The notes beneath the pieces are model-generated. The model was not told the origin of the DNA and searched no databases. It saw only the letters and a program-made list of their open reading frames with translations. A program made the position numbers and the translations under genes. 64,000 nucleotides of DNA. Source: Eubacteriales bacterium. Lineage in GTDB: Bacteria > Bacillota > Clostridia > Oscillospirales > CAG-272. Shown piece after piece: positions 28,505 through 37,891 of the stretch. The first letter of the stretch is position 1, and every line of letters starts with the position of its first letter. The stretch covers positions 11,341-75,340 of the forward strand of contig JAZRIJ010000043.1 of NCBI GenBank assembly GCA_045645205.1, written 5' to 3'.

Positions 28505-30051
28505 TAGTCTAAAATATTCCTAATAACATCAATAACCGAGCCGTCTCTGTATGTTACAACAGCTACTATCTTGTCACCAAATGGAAGCTCATCTGGAACG
28601 CCTGAAAGCTTTTCAGCTTTCTGCTGAAGCTCACTGATAGTTGTTATGGGAAGACCTGCTTCGCGGAGTCTGCTTTCAATTTCGGGACGCGCAGGGTTAA
28701 CTGCAATGCCATGGTCTGTTACAAGTACGTCAACATCCCCCCCCGGTGTAACTACTGTATTTACCTTTTTCATAACAGTGGGAAGTCTGCCTCTCATAAG
28801 AGGCGCTGTTATAATTGTAAGAGCCGCCCCTGCTGCCGTATCGGGATGTCCTCCTATAGCGCCTCTAATAATTCCGTCAGTCCCAAGAAGAACGTTTACA
28901 TTGAAGTCAATGTCAATTTCAAGAGCAGAAAGAATTACCACGTCAAGCTGATTCTGAGCCGAACCCTTATCATAAGGAGAAGCATAGGAAACAGCGTCTA
29001 TCTGATGGTGAAACTCATTGTTTTTAACACTTTCAGCCGCAACAGAGTCAAATGTCTGTACGTCAAGTATCTTCTTGACAAGACCTTCTTCATGCATACT
29101 TGTTATCTGTGCTGTAATACCGCCGAGAGCAAAGCTGCACTTGATATCCTTTTCAATCATCTTGTCTCGAAGAAATCTTGTTACCGCCAAAGATGCTCCC
29201 CCCGAACCCGTCTGCATTGAGAAACCGTCATAGAAATACCCCGATGCTTCGATAACATCAGCAGCTGTCTGCGCAATAAGAAGGTCATGAGGGTTCTTTG
29301 TAAATCTTGTTGCGCCTGAGGAGATTTTCGCAGGATCACCTACCGATTCAACTTCTACTATATAATCAACCTGCCTTGCAGGAATAGCGCAGGGAACGTT
29401 AGGGAATGCAACAATGTTGTTTGTAAGGATGATTACCTTATCTGCATATTCCGCGTCAACTCTTGCATAACCGAGAGAGCCGCATGCGCCTGTCTCTTCC
29501 CCGCCCGCTGTGTAACCGTTAGCATTACCGTATGGATCGCAGGAGGATGCACCGAGGAACGCAACGTCAATATGAAGTTCACCCTCCGCAATAGCCGCAG
29601 CGCGTCCGCCGTGTGAACGGAAGATAACAGGATCATCCATAATACCGTGAGAAATAGCGTTTGCAAGTTTACCACGCAGACCGCTGGTCTCAATGTGTGT
29701 TACTACTCCGTTTTTAATATGCTCTATCATAGGCTCATGAACATTTGTAAGACTGGACGCCGCAACACTCATATTCTTATAACCCATATCAGCAAGCTTT
29801 CCGAGAACGTAGTTCACAACATGCTCTCCGTCACGGAAATGGTGGTGAAAGGATATAGTCATACCGTCCTTAAGTCCGACTGCCGTAACAGCCTCTTCAA
29901 AGGAAGTTATCTTATTGTTATTTTTGGAGCGTTCCGCAAAGGTTTCCGTACTTCTGAGAAGAAGCTTTTCGTTTTCGCCGGGAACATATGGCTTGAGTCC
30001 TGTTTTTTCAAACAATGATTTAGGAATTTCACGTTTTACTGCATTTATCAT
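28504..30051 (-). CDS. citF: citrate lyase alpha subunit (citrate CoA-transferase)
   Basis: About 515 aa with ISFHHHFRDGE, ETSGLRG and MQTGSGGASLAV. The start is taken at MINAVK after a GAGGTG RBS. Confidence 0.93.
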   Translation of the reverse strand: MINAVKREIPKSLFEKTGLKPYVPGENEKLLLRSTETFAERSKNNNKITSFEEAVTAVGLKDGMTISFHHHFRDGEHVVNYVLGKLADMGYKNMSVAASSLTNVHEPMIEHIKNGVVTHIETSGLRGKLANAISHGIMDDPVIFRSHGGRAAAIAEGELHIDVAFLGASSCDPYGNANGYTAGGEETGACGSLGYARVDAEYADKVIILTNNIVAFPNVPCAIPARQVDYIVEVESVGDPAKISSGATRFTKNPHDLLIAQTAADVIEASGYFYDGFSMQTGSGGASLAVTRFLRDKMIEKDIKCSFALGGITAQITSMHEEGLVKKILDVQTFDSVAAESVKNNEFHHQIDAVSYASPYDKGSAQNQLDVVILSALEIDIDFNVNVLLGTDGIIRGAIGGHPDTAAGAALTIITAPLMRGRLPTVMKKVNTVVTPGGDVDVLVTDHGIAVNPARPEIESRLREAGLPITTISELQQKAEKLSGVPDELPFGDKIVAVVTYRDGSVIDVIRNILD

Positions 30052-30055
30052 AACA

Positions 30056-30949
30056 TTACACCTCATCGCTGATTATCTTCATAGCGCGCGCAAGAGTAAT
30101 AACACGTTGAGCACGCATATAGATAGGCTTGTCAATCATTTTGCCGTCAAGAGATACAACCCCTGAACCCTTTTTAGCAGCATCGTCTGCCGCCTCGATT
30201 ATTCGGAGTGCTTTTTCAATATCCTTGTCTGTGGGACGAAATACACTGTTTATAGGAGCGATCTGTCTGGGGTTGATAATAGACTTACCGTCAAAACCCA
30301 ATTGTTTAATGAGCTTTGTCTGTTCAATAAGACCTTCAGTATCATTAACGTTGGAATATACTGTATCAAGAGCATCAATGCCTGCCGCGCGCGCAGCAAC
30401 AACAATTGCCGATCTTGCATAGAACAGCTCTGTTCCTTCGGCTGAACGTGTTGTTTTAAGATTTGCGCAATAGTCCTCAGCTCCGAGAGCAATACCGATT
30501 ATACGGGGAGATGCTGTAGCGATAGCATAGGCATTTGTAATACCAAGCGCACTCTCAACAGCGGTAAGTATCTTTGTTTTGCCAACGGGAACACCCGCAG
30601 CCTTTTCAGCCTCTTCAATGCACTTTTCGGTGTCAATAACATCCTGAGCCGTTTCGGTCTTGGGCATTCTGATAACAGGACAACCTGCCGCAACCATAGC
30701 AAAGATATCATCACGTCCGTAAGAAGTTGAAAGAGGGTTAACACGGACAACTATCTCAACCTCTCCGTAGTCAATGGTTTTCAAAGCATTGTAAACCAAT
30801 ATTCTTGCCGCATCTTTTTCAGTAAGAGTAACCGAATCCTCAAGGTCAAACATAACAGCATCCGAGCCGTAGATGTGTGCGTCTGCAATCATACCTGGAT
30901 TGTTACCGGGTACAAAAAGCATCGTTCTGCGTAATCTCTCTCCGTTCAT
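30056..30949 (-). CDS. citE: citrate lyase beta subunit (citryl-CoA lyase)
   Basis: RRTMLFVPGNNP, DAVMFDLEDSV and IRMPKTE are HpcH/CitE motifs. The ATG at 30949 follows a GGGAGGAA RBS. Confidence 0.93.
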   Translation of the reverse strand: MNGERLRRTMLFVPGNNPGMIADAHIYGSDAVMFDLEDSVTLTEKDAARILVYNALKTIDYGEVEIVVRVNPLSTSYGRDDIFAMVAAGCPVIRMPKTETAQDVIDTEKCIEEAEKAAGVPVGKTKILTAVESALGITNAYAIATASPRIIGIALGAEDYCANLKTTRSAEGTELFYARSAIVVAARAAGIDALDTVYSNVNDTEGLIEQTKLIKQLGFDGKSIINPRQIAPINSVFRPTDKDIEKALRIIEAADDAAKKGSGVVSLDGKMIDKPIYMRAQRVITLARAMKIISDEV

Positions 30950-30963
30950 TTGATATTCCTCCC

Positions 30964-31245
30964 TTACCACTCAAATTTGCCGCCGCTTGCGCGCAACGCG
31001 GCTGTTGTAACTCTTGCGCGGATAGTGCAGTCAAGAGAGCCCTTATCGGTTGCAATAATATTAACATTTTCAAGCCCGCACCTTTCGGCTGTTTCAATAA
31101 TAACCCGTTTAATTTGTCTGCCGAATAGGCTTGCAACGGTGCTTTCAAGCTCGACATTTATACCCTGCTTTTCACTGGGTTTGATTTCGATCATGATATC
31201 TCCCGACTCAAGAGTTCCGGCAATACCGTTTTTTTCAAGTTTCAT
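30964..31245 (-). CDS. citD: citrate lyase acyl carrier protein (gamma subunit)
   Basis: 93 aa. AGTLESGDIMIEI contains the prosthetic-group serine motif of CitD. It is the first gene of the cluster. Confidence 0.92.
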   Translation of the reverse strand: MKLEKNGIAGTLESGDIMIEIKPSEKQGINVELESTVASLFGRQIKRVIIETAERCGLENVNIIATDKGSLDCTIRARVTTAALRASGGKFEW

Positions 31246-31440
31246 AATATCACCTTTTATGTAAATTTATTTGTTTTTATTCTTTTCTATTTAAGATTTT
31301 ACTATTTTTTTCTCTATATTACCAGCACATATTTTATTGAAATCTCTTAAGCCTTTTATGTGATATACCGAACAAAAACATAAAGCAAAACATTGATTTA
31401 AAGTTTTTATAAAATTGACAAAAAACAGTACGTATTTAGC

Positions 31441-31469
31441 TTGACACAGACCGAGAAATGTGGTAAAAT
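31441..31469 (+). promoter_or_regulatory. candidate promoter of tRNA-Leu (TTGACA-17-TAAAAT with TG extension)
   Basis: TTGACA lies at 31441..31446, followed by a 17-nt spacer ending in TGG, then TAAAAT. Confidence 0.6.
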
Positions 31470-31532
31470 AATAAAGTTAGTATCAATAGATGAACCTTTT
31501 CACTCTTCACTATTACTTCTAACTTATGTTAT

Positions 31533-31617
31533 GCACCTGTGGCGGAACTGGCAGACGCGCCAGACTTAGGATCTGGTGTCCAAAGACGTGCAGGTTCGAT
31601 TCCTGTCAGGTGCACCA
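31533..31617 (+). tRNA. tRNA-Leu (anticodon UAG), CCA encoded
   Basis: Acceptor stem GCACCTG/CAGGTGC, anticodon loop CT-TAG-GA, long variable arm (class II), a T-arm with GGTTCGATTCC, and a 3' ACCA. Confidence 0.93.
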
Positions 31618-31621
31618 CCGG

Positions 31622-31665
31622 CAGTACTGACAGCAAAATTGGTTGTCAGTACTGTTGTTTTTTTA
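31622..31665 (+). terminator. intrinsic terminator after tRNA-Leu
   Basis: Stem CAGTACTGACA / TGTCAGTACTG, followed by TTGTTTTTTTT. Confidence 0.85.
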
Positions 31666-31706
31666 TGTAATTAAAAAAACAACAGTAAAAAGAAAGGTAA
31701 TTAGTT

Positions 31707-32825
31707 ATGTTTGAAAAAATAAAAGGCTTTTGTGATTCATTTTTGGAGCAGGGGCTTCCAGGATTTGACATTGTAATATACAAAGACGGAAAATGTGTAT
31801 TGCGTTATACAAACGGATACAGCGATCTTGAAAATAAAATAAAGATGAACGGCAAGGAAAGATTTAATATTTATTCCTGCTCAAAAATAATAACCTGTAC
31901 CGCCGCATTACAGCTTTGGGAAAAGGGTTTGTTTTCACTTGAAGATAGGCTGTCTGACTATATGCCTGAATTCAAGGAAATGATGGTCAAAAGAGATGAA
32001 AGTGTGAAAAAAGCCGAAAATCCTATATTGATAAAGCATTTATTCGGAATGACAGGCGGTTTTTCTTACAACACCTGTTCTCCCGAGCTTTTAAAATGCA
32101 TCGAAGAAACAAACGGAAAATGTCCTACAAGAGAGACAATGAAATATTTGGCAAAGGAACCCTTGATTTTTGAACCGGGAGAAATGTGGCAGTACAGTCT
32201 TTGCCACGACGTATTGGCGGCACTGGTTGAAGTTATTTCCGGTGAGAAGTTTGAAGATTATGTAAAAAATAATATTTTTGACGTTCTGGGAATGAATAAT
32301 ACAACATTTATGCTCCCCGAGGATGAGCTTGAAACAATATCACAACAGTATAGCTTTGCAAACGGCAAAGCGGTAAACGTAGGTAAAAAAATCGTTTCGT
32401 ATAAGCTTGGCAGCGAATATGCCTCTGGCGGCGCAGGCTGTATATCCACCGTTGACGATTACATAAAATTTTTGGAAGCACTCAGGACACATGTTTTACT
32501 TAAACCCGAAACCGTTGATTTGATGACTACCGACAACGGCAAATGGACAAGCAATACCCATGGCTTCGGGTTGGGTGTAAGATGCCCTAAGGGCGTTGAA
32601 AAATATACTGATTTCGGCTGGGGCGGCGCGGCTTGCTCGTATTTGGCAATCGACAGAGAAAACGCCATTTCTCTGTTCTTCGGCGCACATCTGCTTTCCT
32701 CGCCTGTACAGGGCGTGCGCTCAACGCTCTATAGATTTGCAAGAGCCGAGCTGATCGACAATTCGGATTTTGAAGATATCCAAAAAATACTCAAGGATTT
32801 GCATAACTACAATTTAACTTATTGA
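31707..32825 (+). CDS. serine hydrolase, beta-lactamase (class C/PBP4-like) family
   Basis: S-x-x-K active-site motif in NIYSCSKIIT. The overall length of about 370 aa is typical of beta-lactamase-related esterases. Confidence 0.8.
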   Translation: MFEKIKGFCDSFLEQGLPGFDIVIYKDGKCVLRYTNGYSDLENKIKMNGKERFNIYSCSKIITCTAALQLWEKGLFSLEDRLSDYMPEFKEMMVKRDESVKKAENPILIKHLFGMTGGFSYNTCSPELLKCIEETNGKCPTRETMKYLAKEPLIFEPGEMWQYSLCHDVLAALVEVISGEKFEDYVKNNIFDVLGMNNTTFMLPEDELETISQQYSFANGKAVNVGKKIVSYKLGSEYASGGAGCISTVDDYIKFLEALRTHVLLKPETVDLMTTDNGKWTSNTHGFGLGVRCPKGVEKYTDFGWGGAACSYLAIDRENAISLFFGAHLLSSPVQGVRSTLYRFARAELIDNSDFEDIQKILKDLHNYNLTY

Positions 32826-32893
32826 CAAAAGGGAGCTTGTTGTTACTTTATTTATATTAATAAAAAAACAGATAATGTATAAACCAAAGTAAT

Positions 32894-32928
32894 GTGCACC
32901 CCAAAAGTTAGACACTTTTGGGGTGCAC
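32894..32928. terminator. 15-bp-stem hairpin between convergent genes (terminator-like, no clean U-tract)
   Basis: GTGCACCCCAAAAGT-tagac-ACTTTTGGGGTGCAC. Confidence 0.5.
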
Positions 32929-32961
32929 ATCAGTATATTATCCGTTTTACTTATTTAATTA

Positions 32962-34659
32962 TCAGTCAATAGACATATCGAGCTTAAATCTCATTATTTT
33001 TCTCAAGGTATTCTTGGGAAACTCTTCGGTACGGACTTTCAAAATACCGATTTTTTTATAGGGAACGGTCTTTTTATTGTATTCATCGATAAAGGGCTTC
33101 AGATAGCCTTCAATATCGTCAATGCTGTTCTTTTCAAGATAGTCTTTATCGGGATATACCTCGGCTACGATAGCGTTATATGTTATACCGCGCTTGCTCT
33201 GACCCTCGTAAACGATAATATCAAGAATACCCGGTGTTGCCGCAAGCTCGTTTTCGATCTCCTCAGGATATACATTTTTGCCGTTTGAAAGAATAATAAG
33301 GTTCTTCTTTCTGCCTGTGATATAAAGCTCGCCGTGCTTGCCTATCTTGCCGTAGTCGCCCGTTCTGAAATAACCCTCCTTAAATGCCTCGGCTGTCGCC
33401 TCGTCATCCTTGTAGTATCCAAGCATAACATTTGAACCCTTGAACAGTATTTCGCCCTCGCCGTCCTCGTTTGGCTCGTCGATCTTTACAAAAGCATCGT
33501 CAATAACATTACCGACACTGCCGAGAATATTGTTTTTGCTTCTATTTACCGAAATAAGGGGCGCGCACTCGGTTATGCCGTAACCGTTAAGCACGGAAAT
33601 GCCTATACCGTCGAAGAAATCAAGTATCTCACGGCTGAGCGGAGCGCCGCCGCAAACAATGGTTTTTACGTTTCCGCCGAAGGCTGCGTGAATAGCGCCA
33701 AACACATTCTTGCGGATATCAACACCGACTTTACGGAGAGATTCGCTTACCTTTAATGTATTGAAAACAAGGTCATACTTTCCCTGATCCTTAAGATTTG
33801 CAAGTATCTTTCGGTAAAATGTCTCAAGATAAAGGGGTACAAGTATAAGGTGCTCCGGTTTTTGCTCTGCAAGCTCTTTTGTTATATAGCGTATGCCCGA
33901 AGAAACATACACCTCCGAGCCTATCATTGTGTGCCCGATAAGCATAATGGTAGAACCGTATGTATGATGCGGCGGCAAAACGCCGATTGTCTTATCTCCG
34001 TAATCAAGATAGTGAACGGCGTTGTACATATCGGAAAGTATTGCATTCTGATTGAGCATTACGCCCTTCCCCTTGCCTGTTGTGCCCGATGTAAACACAA
34101 GAAGCGCCATGTTTAAAGGATTAATAGGTGTATTATAGTAAAATGCGGGAGCTTCTTCAAACTTTGCTTTGCCCGATTCCATAAGGGATGTAAGAGTTCT
34201 TGTCTGCTTTTTTGCAAGAAGATATACTGGTTCGGCAGAAAGTTTCGTCTGTTCTGCGATATAATTTATCTTGTCTTCGATATCTTCATCTCCGAAGAGG
34301 AAATCCGCATTTGCCTTTTTTACGGTATCTGCAAGGTCTTCAGCCAACCAATCGCGGTCAAGAGGCACAAGAACTCCGCCGATGGACAATACAGCAAAAT
34401 ATGTAAGCGCCCATTCATACGAGAACTTGCCTATCAATGCGCAATGCCTGCCCGCGCAACCCATATCAAGAAGCTCCAACGCAAGCGCGCGTACATCTTC
34501 ACCCAACTGTGTAAATGTAACCTTTTTTACTTCCTTGTCGTGTGGAGATACACGGTATGAATAAGCAACCCTCTCGGCATGATGCTCAGAAGCCCATTCT
34601 ATAAGATCACGTACACTCGTAAATGTATGATGCGGTTTAATAGCGTGTTTTTTGTTCAT
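32962..34659 (-). CDS. long-chain-fatty-acid--CoA ligase (AMP-binding family)
   Basis: LVFTSGTTGKGKGV (AMP-binding P-loop), GYGITE, TGDYG and GRKKNLIILSNGKNVYPEEIE. The start is taken at MNKKHA; the ORF-track extension to 34740 overlaps the promoter and operator. Confidence 0.9.
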   Translation of the reverse strand: MNKKHAIKPHHTFTSVRDLIEWASEHHAERVAYSYRVSPHDKEVKKVTFTQLGEDVRALALELLDMGCAGRHCALIGKFSYEWALTYFAVLSIGGVLVPLDRDWLAEDLADTVKKANADFLFGDEDIEDKINYIAEQTKLSAEPVYLLAKKQTRTLTSLMESGKAKFEEAPAFYYNTPINPLNMALLVFTSGTTGKGKGVMLNQNAILSDMYNAVHYLDYGDKTIGVLPPHHTYGSTIMLIGHTMIGSEVYVSSGIRYITKELAEQKPEHLILVPLYLETFYRKILANLKDQGKYDLVFNTLKVSESLRKVGVDIRKNVFGAIHAAFGGNVKTIVCGGAPLSREILDFFDGIGISVLNGYGITECAPLISVNRSKNNILGSVGNVIDDAFVKIDEPNEDGEGEILFKGSNVMLGYYKDDEATAEAFKEGYFRTGDYGKIGKHGELYITGRKKNLIILSNGKNVYPEEIENELAATPGILDIIVYEGQSKRGITYNAIVAEVYPDKDYLEKNSIDDIEGYLKPFIDEYNKKTVPYKKIGILKVRTEEFPKNTLRKIMRFKLDMSID

Positions 34660-34705
34660 ATTATTTGTTCCTTTTTTAGTATTTTTATTGTTATAACATA
34701 TATAA

Positions 34706-34768
34706 CTTGTTGACAAATCAACAAGCGAATTATACCACAAGGTTGTTGATAAGTCAACAACCTTGTGG
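34706..34768 (-). promoter_or_regulatory. promoter TTGACT-17-TATAAT flanked by and overlapping two TTGTTGA-N4-TCAACAA palindromes (candidate repressor operators)
   Basis: On the minus strand the -35 is at 34757..34752 and the -10 at 34734..34729. Palindrome 1 (34735..34768, 15-bp arms) covers the -35 and spacer. Palindrome 2 (34706..34725, 8-bp arms) covers the predicted +1. Confidence 0.65.
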
Positions 34769-34811
34769 CAAAAAAGTCTGCCTAAAAAATTTTAACTAAT
34801 TTTTTAGGCAG
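34769..34811 (-). terminator. intrinsic terminator after metH
   Basis: Stem CTGCCTAAAAAAT / ATTTTTTAGGCAG, followed on the minus strand by ACTTTTTTG. Confidence 0.8.
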
Positions 34812-34820
34812 ATACATTTT

Positions 34821-37229
34821 TTAAAAAGATATATTTTTTGTAATAATTTCTGCATATCGGACTGTTTCCATAGCATCCTTTGCATATTTGTCAGCGCCTA
34901 TACTGTCTGCATATTCTTGGGTGAGAACAGCTCCTCCCACAATGGTTTTACACCATGGAGCTTTTTCTTTCAGTTGCTTTATAGTCTCTTCCATAGCGGG
35001 AACAGTTGTTGTCATAAGAGCAGACAGTCCTGCTATCGGGGCATGAAGCTCAACAACCTTTTCAACCACCGTCTCGGGAGGAATATCTTTTCCGAGGTCA
35101 ACAACGTTAAAGCCATAATTTTCAAGCAAAAGCTTTACAATATTTTTACCAATGTCGTGAATATCTCCTTGAACAGTAGCGATAACAAAAACCCCTTTAT
35201 TATCCGCTTTTTCACCGTCTGACATAAATGCTTTTATGGTCTCAAATGCACTTTTTGCCGCCTCCGCGCTCATTAATAGCTGTGGCAAATAAACTGTCTT
35301 GTTTTCAAAGCCTTGTCCTACTGTATTAAGCGCAGAAATTATTTCATTGTTAACTATATCAAGCGGAGGAACGCTCGAAAGAAGCAATTTTGTAATCTCT
35401 CCTGCCTTTTCTTTAAATCCTTTTATTACAGCTCTTTGAAGCTCCGAGGCATTTTCCTCGGTAGTTTTCTGCGTTGGGTTTATCGTTGTGTTTTCCAAAG
35501 GAGCAAAGCTGTCTGCAATTTCTATATATTCCTCGCAGTTCTCATCAAAGCCTTTCAACGCTCTGTATGCATAATATGTCTTCATCATATCAGCCGAATA
35601 CGGATTCATAATTGCGGCAGACAAACCGTTTTCAAGAGCCAATGCAAAAAATATACCGTTTACGGCATCCCTGTTCGGTAATCCAAAGGAAACATTGGAA
35701 ACTCCTAAAGATGTGTGGCATCCAAGCTCTTGTGTTATATAGTTAAGAGCTTTCAATGTAGCAAATGCCGACTTATTATCTGCGCTTATTGTCATTGCAA
35801 GGGTATCGAAAATTATATCTTTTTTGTCAATGCCGTATTCTGCCGCAACCTTTAAAATCTTTTTAGCCACCTTTACTCTTCCCTCGGCTGTTTCGGGAAT
35901 ACCGTCTTCATCAAGAGTCAAAGCAACAACCAAACCTCCGTACTTCTTAACAAGAGGGAAAACAGAATTCATAGAATCTAATTTGCCGTTTACCGAGTTT
36001 ATCATTGCTTTCCCATTGTAACGGCGGAGAGCCGACTCCATAGCACCAACATTGGCGGTATCTATCTGCAACGGCAGATCTATCACTGCCTGTAGCTCAC
36101 AAACAGCGTTTTTTAACATCGTTACTTCATCAATATTGGGCAGTCCAACATTTACATCAAGAATATGTACGCCCTTTTCCTGCTGATTTACGCCCTCGGA
36201 AAGAATATAACCCATATCATTTTCAAGCAAAGCCTGTTTAAAACGCTTCTTTCCTGTGGGATTAATACGCTCACCTATAAGAATAGGTTGATCATCAAAT
36301 TTTACAACGTGATTATATGAAGAAACCACTGTTATATTTTTCTGCTCAATGGGTAACGGAGCAAGAGAATATGTTTTTTCATTTAGAGCTTTTATGTATT
36401 CGGGCGTTGTACCACAACAACCGCCGATAACACGCACGCCTTTTTTTACAAGGTCTGCGACCTCATTCGAAAACTCATCTGCCGTTACATCAAAAACTGT
36501 CTTTCCGTCTAAAGCCTTAGGCAACCCCGCATTTGGTTTTAGTATAACGGGAACGGAAGCATTCTCCAGTAGTTCTTCTGCAACACTTCGAAGCTGTTTC
36601 GGCCCGAGAGAGCAGTTTGCGCCCAGAGCATCGACACCCATTCCTTCAAGCATTGCAACCATCGCGGCAGGTGTCGCTCCCGTCATAAGTTTGCCGTCCT
36701 CGCCGTAAGCATTTGAAACCAATACGGGCAAATTACTGTTTTCTTTAGCCGCAAGAAGCGCCGCCTTCGTTTCATAACTGTCGTTCATTGTTTCGATTAT
36801 GATAAGGTCAACGCCGCATTTAACACCTATACTTATTGTCTTGGCAAATACGCCTACGGCATCTTCAAAATCGAGATCGCCTAGCGGTTTCAGTAGCTTG
36901 CCCAAAGGGCCTATATCAAGAGCAACATACTTTTGCTTTACGGAAGCGCTTTGCTCGGCGGCTGTCTTTGCATTACTGACTGCCGCATTAATTATATTTT
37001 CAAGCTCACTGTCAGAAAACTTAAGCGAGTTTGCGCCGAAAGTATTTGTACAAACAACATTGCTTCCCGCATCATAATAACTCTTATGTATATTTATTAT
37101 AACATCAGAATTAGTAATATTCCACCTTTCAGGTTGCTCTCCGGGCAGAAGTCCCTTTTCCTGAAGCAGAGTTCCCATTCCGCCGTCAAGATAAACTATG
37201 TTATTTTTTAAAAATTCGGAAAATGTCAT
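34821..37229 (-). CDS. metH: methionine synthase core (Hcy-binding + pterin-binding + B12-binding), lacking the activation domain
   Basis: GGMGT, GGCCGTTP (Zn/Hcy site), the pterin-binding region, and the cobalamin motif GDIHDIGKN. At 802 aa it ends after the B12 domain. Confidence 0.92.
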   Translation of the reverse strand: MTFSEFLKNNIVYLDGGMGTLLQEKGLLPGEQPERWNITNSDVIINIHKSYYDAGSNVVCTNTFGANSLKFSDSELENIINAAVSNAKTAAEQSASVKQKYVALDIGPLGKLLKPLGDLDFEDAVGVFAKTISIGVKCGVDLIIIETMNDSYETKAALLAAKENSNLPVLVSNAYGEDGKLMTGATPAAMVAMLEGMGVDALGANCSLGPKQLRSVAEELLENASVPVILKPNAGLPKALDGKTVFDVTADEFSNEVADLVKKGVRVIGGCCGTTPEYIKALNEKTYSLAPLPIEQKNITVVSSYNHVVKFDDQPILIGERINPTGKKRFKQALLENDMGYILSEGVNQQEKGVHILDVNVGLPNIDEVTMLKNAVCELQAVIDLPLQIDTANVGAMESALRRYNGKAMINSVNGKLDSMNSVFPLVKKYGGLVVALTLDEDGIPETAEGRVKVAKKILKVAAEYGIDKKDIIFDTLAMTISADNKSAFATLKALNYITQELGCHTSLGVSNVSFGLPNRDAVNGIFFALALENGLSAAIMNPYSADMMKTYYAYRALKGFDENCEEYIEIADSFAPLENTTINPTQKTTEENASELQRAVIKGFKEKAGEITKLLLSSVPPLDIVNNEIISALNTVGQGFENKTVYLPQLLMSAEAAKSAFETIKAFMSDGEKADNKGVFVIATVQGDIHDIGKNIVKLLLENYGFNVVDLGKDIPPETVVEKVVELHAPIAGLSALMTTTVPAMEETIKQLKEKAPWCKTIVGGAVLTQEYADSIGADKYAKDAMETVRYAEIITKNISF

Positions 37230-37891
37230 ATCGAACCTCTGAAATTGCAGTCTTTTTTATCGCAAACACTGCATTTATTTATTGTTTGTTTTTTAATACT
37301 GTTGCACATACCGGCAAATGCCGTAACAGATTTTGAGGGAGACATAAGCAGACTGTCATTGAGAGAAAGTCCTATACGCTTCGGGCAATCAAGCACGGCG
37401 AATATGTCTTTTTGCGTTTCAAGTGATAAATCGGCATACCCCGGACTGAAACGCGGTTTTAGATTAACCCTGTATTCTTTTTCAATATCATTACAAAAAA
37501 CGTCGCAAAGAGCTTCAATACGTTCAGCTCCTATCGCCTGAAACATCAAAGCCTTTGAGGGAGATATACGCCCGTACCTTGCAATCAGCCTGTCAAGCTC
37601 AATTCCCACTGTCGCCGCAAACAAAACAGCTTTGCTACAATCACTGAGATTAACAGCAAGACTTTTTGACTGCATCCTAAAAAGTCCGAAATTGCAAAAA
37701 GAATCGGTTATATTTACATCAAGTACAGTATAGCATACCTTATATGTAAGACGGTTGCTTACCTCTTTAATACATAAATCCAAAAGCTCCTCCACTTCGG
37801 TATCGGATTGCTTACAGCCTGCATAACGCATTATCTCTTTTTTGCAAAATTTAGGCTGTTCATAGCTTTTGGTTAAAACGACATTGCTCAT
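37226..37891 (-). CDS. methionine synthase activation (AdoMet-binding) domain protein
   Basis: 221 aa, with 4-nt overlaps to both metF and metH. RFSPGYADLSL resembles the Met_synt_B12 activation domain pattern, and there is a C-terminal CxxC. Confidence 0.75.
   Translation of the reverse strand: MSNVVLTKSYEQPKFCKKEIMRYAGCKQSDTEVEELLDLCIKEVSNRLTYKVCYTVLDVNITDSFCNFGLFRMQSKSLAVNLSDCSKAVLFAATVGIELDRLIARYGRISPSKALMFQAIGAERIEALCDVFCNDIEKEYRVNLKPRFSPGYADLSLETQKDIFAVLDCPKRIGLSLNDSLLMSPSKSVTAFAGMCNSIKKQTINKCSVCDKKDCNFRGSI

Noticed and set aside
34660-34740. 27-codon N-terminal extension of the acyl-CoA ligase ORF (MWYNSLVDLSTSYICYNN...)
   Set aside because: The extension overlaps the -10 element and operator palindrome and has no RBS. 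The internal ATG at 34659 has an AAAGGAA RBS and begins a normal family N-terminus.
31618-34811. Genomic island integrated at tRNA-Leu
   Set aside because: The tRNA is intact with its own terminator. I saw no duplicated tRNA 3' end and no integrase. The two downstream genes are ordinary metabolic genes.
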